Shown here piece after piece: positions 7,664-17,620 of a DNA stretch of 50,147 nt; the stretch's first letter is position 1, and each line of letters starts with the position of its first letter. Position numbers and translations under genes: made by a program. Source of the stretch: an uncultured Anaerolineae bacterium (GTDB lineage: Bacteria; Chloroflexota; Anaerolineae; Aggregatilineales; UBA3940); the NCBI GenBank assembly GCA_964506005.1, contig CAZDLX010000005.1:1-50147 (forward strand), read 5' to 3'. The notes beneath the pieces were generated by a model. It saw nothing but the letters and a program-made list of their open reading frames with translations. It was not told the origin of the DNA and made no database searches.

Positions 7664-9260
7664 TACCAGTCTTCCAGCCGACAACGTGACAGAAGCGCAG
7701 ATGGTGGCCGTTGAGCCTGCGGTGGTGCAGGAAACCCTGCCCGCCGTGATTGCGAAAGACCCCACGCGCAAGCACATCCGGGGGTCCAGCCTGCTCCTGC
7801 TGGGGCGCATCATCGCGATGGGGCTGAACTTCGGCGTGCAGATCGTCACCGTACGCTACCTGGCCAAGAGCGACTATGGCGCGCTTGCCTTCGCGCTCTC
7901 AGTGGTGTCGATGGCTACCAGCGGCGTGCTGCTCGGACTCGACAAATCGGTGGCCCGTTTCGTGCCGATTTACCAGGAACAGCGGGACTACAACCGTATG
8001 GTCGGGACGGTGGTGCTCGCCTTCCTGGCAGTGCTGGCGCTGGGCGTAGTGCTCGTCGCGGGGACGTTCGCGCTGCAGAACGTGCTCATCGACCGCGTGG
8101 TGAGTGACCCGCTGTCGGCGTTCCTGCTGTTGAGTATCATCGCACTCGCACCGATCCAGGCGCTCGACAGCCTCTTCCAGGGGCTGTTTGCCGTGTTCGT
8201 GAAGCCCCGGGCGATCTTCTTCCGCCGCCACCTTCTCGGGCCGGGTCTCAAGCTGGCAGTCGTGCTGCTGGCCGTGCTGCTGCGCGGCGACGTGCAGTTC
8301 ATCGCCCTTGGATACATCGTGGGTGCACTGCTGGGCCTCGGCATCTACGTCATCATGCTGATGCAGGTGCTGCGCAAGGAGCCCTGGTTTGGCAGCCTCA
8401 AGCTGCGGGATGTGCAGATGCCCGCCGGTGAGGTGTTCGCGTTCGCCGCGCCGGTCCTGGGGACGGACATCCTGCTGATGTTCCGCGTTAACCTGGTCGT
8501 CGTGCTGCTCGAAACGCTCAAAGGTACGACGGCAGTCGCGGACTTCAAGGCGGTGCTGCCCTTCGCGGGGCTGAACCTCGTCGTGTACCAGAGCTTCAAG
8601 TTCCTGTACACGCCGCTCGCCTCGCGCTTCTACCAGCGCGGCAACAAGGCCGATATCAACGATCTCTACTGGCAGACCGCGGCCTGGATCAGCATCATCT
8701 CGTTCCCGGTGCTGGCGCTGACGGTCTCGCTCTCCGGGCCGATGACCGTGCTGGCCCTCGGCCAGCAGTATGCTCAGTCAGCGGTGCTGCTGGCCATCCT
8801 CTCGGCGGGGGAGTACTTCAACGCGGCCTTCGGCTACAACTCCTACACGCTGCAGGTGTACGGCAAGGTCGCCTACATCATGCTCGTCAGCGCGGTCACC
8901 GCCGTGCTCAGCCTGGCACTGAACTACTTCCTGATCCAGCAGATCGGCGCGCTTGGCGCGGCTATCGGCACGACGGCAAACCTGGTGCTCTACAACACGC
9001 TGAATCACGTCGGGCTGATCCGCATCGGCGTCGATCTGTTCCAGTGGCGCTACCTCAAGATGTATCTGAGCATCGTCGTCGGCATCCTGAGCCTGCTGTT
9101 CGTGCAGACGGTGATGGACCCGCCGATCTACATCAGCTTCATCTCGGTCACGCTGGTATGCCTGGCGGTGTTCACCCTGAACCGCCGGCTGCTTGAGATC
9201 GAACGCTTCTTCCCTGAGGTGAAGAAGATCCCGGTGCTTGGCCGGTTGATGACGTATTAA
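7656..9260 (+). CDS. wzx: Wzx-type oligosaccharide flippase (MOP superfamily)
   Basis: About 14 hydrophobic segments, RYLAKSDYG, LGLDKSVARFVP and IGALGAAIGT motifs, and its position in the glycan cluster. Confidence 0.85.
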   Translation: MTDTSLPADNVTEAQMVAVEPAVVQETLPAVIAKDPTRKHIRGSSLLLLGRIIAMGLNFGVQIVTVRYLAKSDYGALAFALSVVSMATSGVLLGLDKSVARFVPIYQEQRDYNRMVGTVVLAFLAVLALGVVLVAGTFALQNVLIDRVVSDPLSAFLLLSIIALAPIQALDSLFQGLFAVFVKPRAIFFRRHLLGPGLKLAVVLLAVLLRGDVQFIALGYIVGALLGLGIYVIMLMQVLRKEPWFGSLKLRDVQMPAGEVFAFAAPVLGTDILLMFRVNLVVVLLETLKGTTAVADFKAVLPFAGLNLVVYQSFKFLYTPLASRFYQRGNKADINDLYWQTAAWISIISFPVLALTVSLSGPMTVLALGQQYAQSAVLLAILSAGEYFNAAFGYNSYTLQVYGKVAYIMLVSAVTAVLSLALNYFLIQQIGALGAAIGTTANLVLYNTLNHVGLIRIGVDLFQWRYLKMYLSIVVGILSLLFVQTVMDPPIYISFISVTLVCLAVFTLNRRLLEIERFFPEVKKIPVLGRLMTY

Positions 9261-9297
9261 TTGGTCCGTGAGTTGAAATACCCTGACTGGCAGTGAC

Positions 9298-10443
9298 ATG
9301 GCAGATTTCACGCTCGACACGGCAGTTGTAGAGCAATACGTACGCTACGTTGCCGCCCGGTGCTATCCGGCGCTTGCGGGCGGCCCCATCGACGTGAGGC
9401 TGCACGCAGAGCAGGCGCGACCCGCGTCGATCCACCTGCTGTACGAGGTGAGCGCAGGCGACGCCCGGCACATGCTCCGGGTGAAGGTGCCACTCCTGCA
9501 GGCGGGCTCGGCAGGCGCTGCGACGGACGTTTCGGACCGCCCTCGCCTGGCGCCGCTCACTGCGCCAGACGAGAAGTACGAGCTGGAGTACACGGCCCTG
9601 GCGGAGATCCAGCGGCACTTTGAAATACTGGCAGACCCGCGCTTCAGCGCCGTGCGGGTGCTCGACTACCTGCCGCGGCAGCGGGCCGTGATCCTGGAAG
9701 AATGCCCCTACCCGACACTGCGGGCGCTGTTCGCGACCCGCACCAGGCTGCGTCCGCGGTTGGGCAGCCGCGCCCTCGACGCTGCCTTTCGTAATGCGGG
9801 TGCCTGGCTGCGCTCGTATCACGGCCTGACGAAACAGGAGCCAGCGCCTAAGCGGGATTACCAGCGGCGGGACTTCATCGAGATGGTGGGCCAGTTCGCA
9901 ACCTACATCGCCGGCGTGTTCGGGGACGAAGAGCTGTTCGAGTGCACGGCGGCGGCAGCCGCGGAACTGGCGCAGGACAGCCTGCCCGCCGAGCTGCCGT
10001 TGGGCCTGGGCCACGGCGACTACGCGATGCGCAACATCTTCGTCGGGCCGGAGGACCAGATTGTCGTGATCGACACGCTGGCGCGGTGGCGCACGCCGAT
10101 CTACGAAGACATCGCCTACTTCCTGGTCGCGCTGAAGGCGAACGGCATGCAGACGCTCACACAGGGGCTGGCCTACCCGGAGAGCTGGCTGGACCATTAC
10201 GAGGCGGAGTTCCTGGCGGGCTACTTCGACCGCCAGCCGGTGCCCTACGAGGCAATCCGGCTGTACGAGATTCAGGCGCTGCTCGACCTGTGGGCTTTCA
10301 CCGTAGCACCCGCGAATACGCCGGCAGGCAGTCTCATGACCCGGCTGCGCCGGTGGTCGGCGAGCCAGGTGTTCCGCCGCTACCTGATCGAGCTGCTGCA
10401 CGCCCTGGACGTGCAAAACCTGCCCGTCAGGTCGGCGGCCTGA
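9298..10443 (+). CDS. Aminoglycoside-phosphotransferase/choline-kinase-like phosphotransferase
   Basis: Brenner motif HGDYAMRNIFV, then IVVID and EDIAYF. Confidence 0.75.
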   Translation: MADFTLDTAVVEQYVRYVAARCYPALAGGPIDVRLHAEQARPASIHLLYEVSAGDARHMLRVKVPLLQAGSAGAATDVSDRPRLAPLTAPDEKYELEYTALAEIQRHFEILADPRFSAVRVLDYLPRQRAVILEECPYPTLRALFATRTRLRPRLGSRALDAAFRNAGAWLRSYHGLTKQEPAPKRDYQRRDFIEMVGQFATYIAGVFGDEELFECTAAAAAELAQDSLPAELPLGLGHGDYAMRNIFVGPEDQIVVIDTLARWRTPIYEDIAYFLVALKANGMQTLTQGLAYPESWLDHYEAEFLAGYFDRQPVPYEAIRLYEIQALLDLWAFTVAPANTPAGSLMTRLRRWSASQVFRRYLIELLHALDVQNLPVRSAA

Positions 10444-10471
10444 TGCGAGCATACACGAACGGACGAGAGGC

Positions 10472-11662
10472 ATGAGCAGTATCGCCAAGCCAAACACCCT
10501 GAATGTGCGAGACGCCGCCCTGGCCGCCGGCACGGAGCAGGCTGTGTCCGACTACGTGCTGCACGGTCTCGTGCGGACGCGGCTGCTCGGCGCGACCCCG
10601 GCGGATGAGGCGGTCGTCGCGCGGCAGCTTGGCCCGCTGCGCGCCGCCGTCGCGGGTGAGCCGGACATCACGATCCGTTTCGTCGACCGGCTGGAGACAG
10701 CTTCGCCGGTGCGCTACGTCGGGCTGGACGACGCAGGCTTCACCGGCGACGCCTTCCTGATCCTGCGGAGCACGCACAAGGCGAAGGCCAGGGTGCAGAT
10801 CGACTTCGCAAACCTCGGGCAGCGCTGCGAGATCGTGTGCGAGCGCGGCCTGCCCGCCGTGCCGCTGCTCATCGCCACCGTCAACCTGACCGCGCTGGCG
10901 AAGGGCATCGTGCCGCTGCACGCCTCGGCGTTCATGTTCGGCGGCAGGGGTGTACTGCTCACCGGCTGGGCGAAGGCCGGTAAGTCGGAGGCGCTGCTCT
11001 CCTTTATGGCGCAGGGCGCGCAGTACGTCGGCGACGAGTGGGTGTACCTGCCCCGCAGCGGGCGGGAGATGTACGGCATCCCCGAGCCGATCCGCCTGTG
11101 GGACTGGCACCTCGCGCAGATGCCGCAGTACCGGCAGGCCGTCAGCGGCGGCGCGCGGAACCGGATGCGCCTGCTGCGCCGGGTCGAGCGCACCCTCGAC
11201 TGGCTGAACACAAATTCAACGGCCCGCCGGGTCATTCGCAAAGACCTGTCGCGCTTTGTGGCAGCCCTCGGGCGGCAGCCCAACGTGCAGATCCCGCCCG
11301 CGAAGCTGTTCGGGCACGAGGCGATCCGCCTGACCGGCAGGCCCGACGTGATCTTCCTGCTGGTGAGCCGCGCCGGGGATGAGTACGCCGTGGAGCCGGT
11401 GGACCCGGACGAGGTCGCGGCGCGGATGCTGTACTCCAACCAGGTCGAGCAGGCAGACCTGCTCGCGCATTACTGGAAGTTCCGCTACGCCTTCCCGGAG
11501 GCCAGCAACCCGCTGATCGAGAACCTGCAGGCGGCACAGGCGGACATTCTGCGCGAGGCGCTCGCGGGCAAACCCGCCTACGTCGTGTACCACCCGCACC
11601 CGGTCGCCATCCCCGAGCTGTTCCGGGTGATGCGCCCATTCGTGGAGGGCGATGCGGCATGA
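10472..11662 (+). CDS. HPr-kinase-like P-loop protein
   Basis: PLHASAF...GVLLTGWAKAGKSE...YVGDEWV matches the HprK C-terminal pattern (LHA..., GxxxxGKS, xDD). Confidence 0.65.
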   Translation: MSSIAKPNTLNVRDAALAAGTEQAVSDYVLHGLVRTRLLGATPADEAVVARQLGPLRAAVAGEPDITIRFVDRLETASPVRYVGLDDAGFTGDAFLILRSTHKAKARVQIDFANLGQRCEIVCERGLPAVPLLIATVNLTALAKGIVPLHASAFMFGGRGVLLTGWAKAGKSEALLSFMAQGAQYVGDEWVYLPRSGREMYGIPEPIRLWDWHLAQMPQYRQAVSGGARNRMRLLRRVERTLDWLNTNSTARRVIRKDLSRFVAALGRQPNVQIPPAKLFGHEAIRLTGRPDVIFLLVSRAGDEYAVEPVDPDEVAARMLYSNQVEQADLLAHYWKFRYAFPEASNPLIENLQAAQADILREALAGKPAYVVYHPHPVAIPELFRVMRPFVEGDAA

Positions 11663-12396
11663 AGAACGGGCATCGCGCGATCAGCGTGGCACTCATCGGC
11701 GCCGACGGGACGGGCAAGTCGACCATCAGCCGCCGCGTCGTCGAGACGCTCGGCCTGCCGGCGAAGCACGTCTACATGGGCGTGAACCTGGAGTCGAGCA
11801 ACCTGCTGCTGCCCACGACCCGCCTGCTGCTTGAGGCGAAGCGGCTGCGCGGCAGGCGTCCCGACGCAGTAGGCCCGCCGCGCTCGCAGCCCCGGCAGTC
11901 GAGCGGTGGCGTGGTTCGGAGGGCAGTGGGCGGCGTGAAGTCGGCGCTGCGGCTGCTCAACTGGGCCGCCGAGGAGTGGTTCAGGCAGGTGGTCGTGTGG
12001 TGGCACCAGCGGCGCGGCTACGTCGTGGTGCTCGACCGGCACTTCTACGCCGATTACTACCGGCACGGCATCGCCAACGGTGAGGACGTGCCGCTCGCCA
12101 GCCGGCTGCACGGGGCCATGCTGGAGCGCTATTACCCGAAGCCGGACCTGTTCATCCTGCTCGACGCGCCGGCGGAGGTGCTGTTCGACCGCAAGGGCGA
12201 GGGCACGCTGGAGCTGTTGGCCGAGCGCCAGCAGGAATACCGCGAGATGTGCGGCGCGCTGGGCAACTGCGAGGTCGTCAGTGTGGAACAGCCGCTCGAC
12301 GACGTGGTGGCACAGATCGCGGCGATGATTCGCGATACGGCGAGCCGTGGTGTGTCACCCGTCACGCCGCAGCTTGAGAGTTCGGGGCTGGAGTGA
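11659..12396 (+). CDS. Thymidylate-kinase-like P-loop kinase
   Basis: ALIGADGTGKST P-loop, VVLDRHFY (DR motif), PKPDLFILLDAPAEVLFDRK. Confidence 0.75.
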   Translation: MKNGHRAISVALIGADGTGKSTISRRVVETLGLPAKHVYMGVNLESSNLLLPTTRLLLEAKRLRGRRPDAVGPPRSQPRQSSGGVVRRAVGGVKSALRLLNWAAEEWFRQVVVWWHQRRGYVVVLDRHFYADYYRHGIANGEDVPLASRLHGAMLERYYPKPDLFILLDAPAEVLFDRKGEGTLELLAERQQEYREMCGALGNCEVVSVEQPLDDVVAQIAAMIRDTASRGVSPVTPQLESSGLE

Positions 12397-13376
12397 TGAA
12401 GCATTTGCTGGGCAGAGCCGCAGGCAGCGCGCCGGGGCGGGCGCTGATGAGCGTGCTGGAGCGGGCGGACAGCCACGCACCCGACGTCGTGCGTGTGCTG
12501 ACCTACCACCTCGTCTCGAACCGCGAAGGGTTCGACGCGCAGATGCGCTACCTGGCGCGGCATTACCAACCCGTCCCGGTGGCGGCGATTCTCGGCGCGC
12601 TTGAGGGCGGGCCGCCGCTGCCGCCGCGCGCCGTCGCCGTAACGTTCGACGACGCCTACGAGAATTTCGCGGAGGTCGCCTGGCCGGTGTTGAAGCGCTA
12701 CGGCGTCCCGGTAACGCTGTTCGTGCCGACCGCCTTTCCGGGCCAGCCGGGCGCGTACTGGTGGGATGAGCTCGAGCAGGGGCTGCTGCACACGCCGCGC
12801 CAGGACACGCTGGAGACGCCGGCAGGCCGCCTGCCGCTCGGCACGCCGCAGGAGCGGGCGCAGGCGTTCAGACGCCTCGACGCGTACCTGAAGGCCCTGC
12901 CCCACGACGACGCGCTGGACCTCGTCTCGCGCATCGTGCCGGAGCTAGGCAGCACTGCGCCGGTGCCGCGCGTGTTGGGCTGGGATGCGCTGCGAGTGCT
13001 CGCCGCGGGGGGCGTGACGCTCGGCGCGCACACGCGCACCCACCCGCTGCTCACCCGCGTCGAGGCGGCCCGTGCCCGCGAGGAGATCGCCGGCTCGCTC
13101 GCCGACCTGCGCGGCAAGGTCGGGGATGATGTGCCGCCCGTGCTCGCCTACCCGGCAGGCGCGTACAACTCGCAGGTGGTCGCTGCGGCCCGGGAGGCGG
13201 GCATCCGGCTGGCGTTCACGACGGTGAAGGGCGCGAACGACCTGCGTGAGATTGACCCGCTGCGGCTGCGGCGTATCAACGTGACGGCGGACGCCACCGC
13301 CGCTGCGCTGCGGGCGCGGCTGCTGCTCTACACGGCGCGTCTGAACGGGCTGCGAGAAGTGCCCGCGACGGCATGA
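12393..13376 (+). CDS. Polysaccharide deacetylase (CE4/NodB-like)
   Basis: VLTYH, VTFDDAY, TLFVPT, GAHTRTHP and LAYPAG motifs. Confidence 0.9.
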   Translation: MMKHLLGRAAGSAPGRALMSVLERADSHAPDVVRVLTYHLVSNREGFDAQMRYLARHYQPVPVAAILGALEGGPPLPPRAVAVTFDDAYENFAEVAWPVLKRYGVPVTLFVPTAFPGQPGAYWWDELEQGLLHTPRQDTLETPAGRLPLGTPQERAQAFRRLDAYLKALPHDDALDLVSRIVPELGSTAPVPRVLGWDALRVLAAGGVTLGAHTRTHPLLTRVEAARAREEIAGSLADLRGKVGDDVPPVLAYPAGAYNSQVVAAAREAGIRLAFTTVKGANDLREIDPLRLRRINVTADATAAALRARLLLYTARLNGLREVPATA

Positions 13377-13424
13377 CGGCTTGGGCCGGTTTATTGTGAT
13401 ACGCATAGGGGAAGCAGAGCCATT

Positions 13425-14384
13425 ATGAGAATTCTCGTCGTAAGTTCCATTTACCCGGGCGCTCTTGAGCGCCTTGAGAGCCGCCATGACGTCATCCGCG
13501 CCTATGATGCCAGCCGCGAGGAGCTGCTGTCCGTCGTCGGCGACCGCGAGGTGATCGTGGTGCGCAGCGGCGTGCAGATCACGCGGGAGGTCATGGAGAA
13601 CGCGCCCGACCTCAAGCTCGTCGTGCGGGCGGGTTCGGGCACGGACAACATCGACCTGGCCGCCCTCGCCGAGCGCGGGCTGGAGCTCAAGCGCATCCCG
13701 GGGCCAGGCGCGCGGGCCGTCGCCGAGATGACCTTCGCGCTGCTGCTCGCGCTGGCCCGCAACGTGGTCGTCGCCGACGACCTGTGGCGCAGTGGCCACT
13801 GGGCCAAGCACGAGCTGACCGGCCACCTGCTGCAGGGCAAGACGCTCGGCATCGTCGGCGCGGGCAACATCGGCTCGACGGTGGGCGAGATGGCCGCCGC
13901 GTGGGGCATGGACGTGATCGGCTGCGTCGAGCACCCGGACGCGCAGCGCGCCGCCGAGCTCGCCGAGCGCGGCATCCGACTGGTTGGCGACTGCGGAGAG
14001 GTCCTCGCCGCGGCGGACTTCGTGACGGTGCACGTGCCGCTGAAGCCGTCCACGCGCGGGCTCATCGACGCGGACGCGCTGGCGCTGATGAAGCCGGGGG
14101 CGTTCCTGGTCAACATCGCGCGCGGCGGCATTGTCGACGAGGCGGCGCTGCGCGAGGCGCTTGTCGAGGGGCGGCTCGCGGGTGCGGCGCTGGACGTTCA
14201 CGAGCACGAAGGCGAGGGCAATATCTCGCCGCTGGCCGACCTGCGGAACGTCGTGCTGACGCCGCACATCGGCGCGGGCGCGGTGGATACCCAGCGGCAG
14301 ATCGGCGACATCATCGTCGAGTCGATTGAGCAGCTTGCCGCGAGACTCGCGGCGCCGGGAGTCAACGGCCGCGCGCAGGCGTAG
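13425..14384 (+). CDS. D-2-hydroxyacid dehydrogenase (SerA-like, no ACT domain); probable phosphonopyruvate reductase
   Basis: [37 protein letters not shown] and TPHIGA motifs, directly upstream of PEP mutase. The family call is solid; the substrate is inferred from context. Confidence 0.85.
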   Translation: MRILVVSSIYPGALERLESRHDVIRAYDASREELLSVVGDREVIVVRSGVQITREVMENAPDLKLVVRAGSGTDNIDLAALAERGLELKRIPGPGARAVAEMTFALLLALARNVVVADDLWRSGHWAKHELTGHLLQGKTLGIVGAGNIGSTVGEMAAAWGMDVIGCVEHPDAQRAAELAERGIRLVGDCGEVLAAADFVTVHVPLKPSTRGLIDADALALMKPGAFLVNIARGGIVDEAALREALVEGRLAGAALDVHEHEGEGNISPLADLRNVVLTPHIGAGAVDTQRQIGDIIVESIEQLAARLAAPGVNGRAQA

Positions 14385-14427
14385 CGAGCTTTTTGGGCCG
14401 GGCATTATTAGTGAGGGGGAATCAAAC

Positions 14428-15369
14428 ATGAAGAAGACGACACAGTTCAAGCAACTTCTGCACTCGGGGCAGACGGAGTTCATCCTCGAGGCGCATAACG
14501 GCATCAGCGCCAAGATCGTCGAAGAGGCGGGCTTCAAAGGCATCTGGGGCAGCGGGCTCGCGATCTCGGCGGGCCTCGGCGTGCGCGACAACAACGAGGC
14601 AAGCTGGACGCAGGTGCTGGAGGTCGTGGAGTTCATCAGCGACATCACCACCATCCCGCTGCTGCTGGACGCCGACACCGGCTACGGCAACTTCAACAAC
14701 GTGCGCCGCCTGGTGCGCAAGTTGGAGCAGCGCGACGTGGCGGCGGTGTGCATCGAGGACAAGCTGTTCCCGAAGACCAACTCCTTCATCGACGGCGAGA
14801 GCCAGCCGCTGGCCGACGTCGACGAGTTCTGCGGGAAGATCAAGGCCGCGAAAGACTCCCAGCAGGACCCCGACTTCTGCGTGGTGGCGCGGGTCGAGGC
14901 CTTCATCGCGGGCTGGGGGCTGTCGGAGGCGCTGCGCCGCGCAGAGGCCTACCACCGCGCGGGCGCGGACGCGATCCTGATGCACAGCAAGCTCAGCACG
15001 CCAGACCAGATCATCGCCTTTATGCGGGAGTGGCGGGACACCTGCCCCGTCGTGATCGTCCCGACGATGTACTACAACACGCCGACGGAGGTCTTCGAGG
15101 AGCTGCGCATCAGCCTCGTGATCTGGGCCAACCACCTGATCCGCTCGGGCATCACGGCGATGCAGCAGACCGCCCGCAAGATCTACGAGGCGCGCTCGCT
15201 CCAGACCGTCGAGAGCGAGATCGTGCCGGTCAAGGAGATCTTCCGGCTTCAGAACGCAGCCGAGCTCAAAGAGGCTGAGAAGCGCTACCTGACGCCGCGC
15301 CAGCCGGTACCGGCGCCCGCGCCGCTGACCATGCCTGCCGTCCAGCTCCAGCCGACAGACGGAGACTAG
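14428..15369 (+). CDS. pepM: Phosphoenolpyruvate mutase
   Basis: [22 protein letters not shown] and the PepM-diagnostic EDKxxxxxNS motif ([10 protein letters not shown]), also VARVEA and DAILMHS. Start at ATG 14428 after GAGGGGG. Confidence 0.96.
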   Translation: MKKTTQFKQLLHSGQTEFILEAHNGISAKIVEEAGFKGIWGSGLAISAGLGVRDNNEASWTQVLEVVEFISDITTIPLLLDADTGYGNFNNVRRLVRKLEQRDVAAVCIEDKLFPKTNSFIDGESQPLADVDEFCGKIKAAKDSQQDPDFCVVARVEAFIAGWGLSEALRRAEAYHRAGADAILMHSKLSTPDQIIAFMREWRDTCPVVIVPTMYYNTPTEVFEELRISLVIWANHLIRSGITAMQQTARKIYEARSLQTVESEIVPVKEIFRLQNAAELKEAEKRYLTPRQPVPAPAPLTMPAVQLQPTDGD

Positions 15370-15372
15370 GTT

Positions 15373-16602
15373 ATGACGTCTCAGCAGCCGCCCGCCGTCA
15401 TCGTCGGGCTGAACAGCATCACCGGGCTGCAGTCGGCGCGCATCCTCGCCCGGCGCGGCGTACCGGTCTTCGGCGTGACGGGCAGCCTGTCGCACTACAC
15501 CAGCCGCACGAACGTCTGCGAGCGCATCGTCGAGACAGACCTGAACGACGAGGCGGCGCTGGCGGAGACGCTCGTCGCGCTGGCGGAGACGCTCGGGCAG
15601 AAGGCGGTGCTCGTGCCGTGCTCCGACCCGACCGTGCTGGCCATCGCGCGGCACCGGGCCCGGCTTGAGCCGCTGTACCACATCTCACTGCCGGAACTGC
15701 GCACGCTTGAGCTGCTGATGGACAAGGTGCGCTTCTACGCCTACGCGCAGGACTGCGGGCTACCGGTGCCCCGCATGTTCCTGCTCTCCTCCCGCGAGGA
15801 CGCCGAGCGCACAGCGGACGAGCTGGCCTTCCCGGTCATTCTCAAGCCGCCGTTCAAGACGCCGCGCTGGGAGGCCAACACGAAGATCAAGGCTTACAAA
15901 GTCCCGAGCCGTGAAGCCTTCCTGGAGCTGTACGACCGGTGCTCCGCCTGGGCGGATGAGCTCATGGTGCAGGAGTACGTTGAAGGCCCCGACGCCAACC
16001 TGTACTCCTGCAACGGCTACTTCAACGGCACGGGCGAGCCGCTCGTGACCTTCGTCGCGCGGAAGCTGCGGCAGTGGCCGCCCGAGACGGGTACAAGCTG
16101 CCTCGGCGAAGAAGTCCGCAACGACGAGGTTCTCGAAGAGACGGTGAAGCTGTTCCGCGCCCTCAACTACCGGGGGCTCGGCTACGTCGAGATGAAGCGC
16201 GACGAGCGCACGGGCAAGCACTACCTCATCGAGCCAAACGCGGGCCGGCCTACCGGTCGCTCGGCAATCGCCGAGGCGGGTGGAGTCGAGCTGCTGTACA
16301 CGATGTACTGCGATGCCGCGGGGCTGCCCCTGCCGGAGAACCGGCAGCAGCAGTACCGGGGCGTCAAGTGGATTTACTTGCGCTGGGACTTTCAGTCGGC
16401 ACTGCACTACTGGCGGCGTGGCGAGCTGTCTCTGCGTGAGTGGTGGCGCTCCGTCCGTGGGCCGAAGGGATATGCGGTGTTCAGCCTGTCCGATCCGGCA
16501 CCGTTCTTGACCGACATCGCGCGAAGTGTCAGGACAGCACTGTTGGGGGCACGAGACCCGGGGGCTCAGCCACGCCGGTCCGATGTCAAGGTAAATCTGT
16601 GA
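15373..16602 (+). CDS. ATP-grasp carboxylate-amine ligase (D-aspartate-ligase-like)
   Basis: LMDKVRFY, FPVILKP, MVQEYVEG and YVEMKRDERTGKHYLIEPNAGR (ExNxR-like). Starts 3 bp after the pepM stop. Confidence 0.85.
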   Translation: MTSQQPPAVIVGLNSITGLQSARILARRGVPVFGVTGSLSHYTSRTNVCERIVETDLNDEAALAETLVALAETLGQKAVLVPCSDPTVLAIARHRARLEPLYHISLPELRTLELLMDKVRFYAYAQDCGLPVPRMFLLSSREDAERTADELAFPVILKPPFKTPRWEANTKIKAYKVPSREAFLELYDRCSAWADELMVQEYVEGPDANLYSCNGYFNGTGEPLVTFVARKLRQWPPETGTSCLGEEVRNDEVLEETVKLFRALNYRGLGYVEMKRDERTGKHYLIEPNAGRPTGRSAIAEAGGVELLYTMYCDAAGLPLPENRQQQYRGVKWIYLRWDFQSALHYWRRGELSLREWWRSVRGPKGYAVFSLSDPAPFLTDIARSVRTALLGARDPGAQPRRSDVKVNL

Positions 16603-16605
16603 CGA

Positions 16606-17538
16606 ATGAGCAGGCAGGCTTACATGCTTGAACATGACGCGGGTGTCATCGCCCGCCAGCCCAACAAAGTGAATGCGTTCCTGCCCCGAATGAGCCGCAC
16701 CGGGCGGCGGGCGAGCCAGCGCTTTATGAGACTGCTCCTGCAGGCGCTCGAAGGCGTGCTGATCGCGCCGCTCGTGCCTCGCAGGCGGCTGCGCGAGGTT
16801 CTGCCGGATTTCACCCGGCGCGGTGTGCCGAACCGGATGCGCGTGGCGTACCTGTTCGAGCTGCTCGACCGGGTCATCCCGGGGCTGGCGAGGCGCTTGT
16901 CGGCGGCACTCTATAAGAAACACAGACTGCCGCTGCGGGGCTCCCGTCTGGAGCTGATCGGTTATGGCACCGGGGCCACCGTCTTTCTGCTGCGCGGCGG
17001 CCCCGAGAAACGAGTCCTGAAGATCTACCGCCGCTCGCTTGGCAGAAACCAGCGGGGACTGCTCGAAGTCGCGAATGCCTACCGCGCCAAGTACGAGCTG
17101 ATCCGGGACTGGTACGGCGAGCAGCACCCATTCGTGCTGCCGTCTGATTTCCTCATTGCGAACGGCCCGCTGCTGGGGCGGCCGGTGGCGCTGTGCCTGC
17201 AGGAGTACATCCCCGGCAAGAAGTCCGACTTCTTTTCCGATCACACAGACGAACAGCTTCTTCAGATGATGCGCGAGGACACCGCGCTGAGAGCGGAGTT
17301 CAAGCACTTTGTGGAGCGCACGAAGCAGATTTACGCGGAGCGCGGCATGTGTTTCGACTTTATTGGGCATGAGAATCTCGTGCTGCTGGAGGCACCTGCC
17401 GGGCACCGGCTGGCGATCATCGATACGGGGATCGTCGACGTGACGCAGGCGCGGGCAGCCCGCCCTGCCTGGATGGCGAAATTTGATGCCCTCATGGCCC
17501 GCATGTCCGGCCTGTACGAGCACGTGCAGAGTCTATGA
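16606..17538 (+). CDS. Hypothetical protein with atypical protein-kinase-like fold
   Basis: Gly-rich loop IGYGTGATVF, VLKIY, LQEYIPG, DFIGHENLVL (catalytic-loop-like) and IIDTG (DFG-like). Confidence 0.6.
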   Translation: MSRQAYMLEHDAGVIARQPNKVNAFLPRMSRTGRRASQRFMRLLLQALEGVLIAPLVPRRRLREVLPDFTRRGVPNRMRVAYLFELLDRVIPGLARRLSAALYKKHRLPLRGSRLELIGYGTGATVFLLRGGPEKRVLKIYRRSLGRNQRGLLEVANAYRAKYELIRDWYGEQHPFVLPSDFLIANGPLLGRPVALCLQEYIPGKKSDFFSDHTDEQLLQMMREDTALRAEFKHFVERTKQIYAERGMCFDFIGHENLVLLEAPAGHRLAIIDTGIVDVTQARAARPAWMAKFDALMARMSGLYEHVQSL

Positions 17539-17620
17539 GCAGGTAGAACAGGCTGCACAGCCAGAAAAGGAGCGGAGCGCGAGCGCCCCCACAGGCTGAG
17601 CCAATCGTGAGGAACGTGCG

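Noticed and set aside
11659-12396. Housekeeping tmk
   Set aside because: The P-loop region is divergent, there is a basic insertion, and the context is an EPS cluster. Only the fold is supported.
13425-14384. Housekeeping serA
   Set aside because: It lacks the C-terminal regulatory domains and is embedded beside pepM in a glycan operon, so no gene symbol was assigned.
14428-15369. Alternative call as isocitrate lyase or methylisocitrate lyase
   Set aside because: It has EDKxxxxxNS rather than the KKCGH/KRCGH lyase motif.
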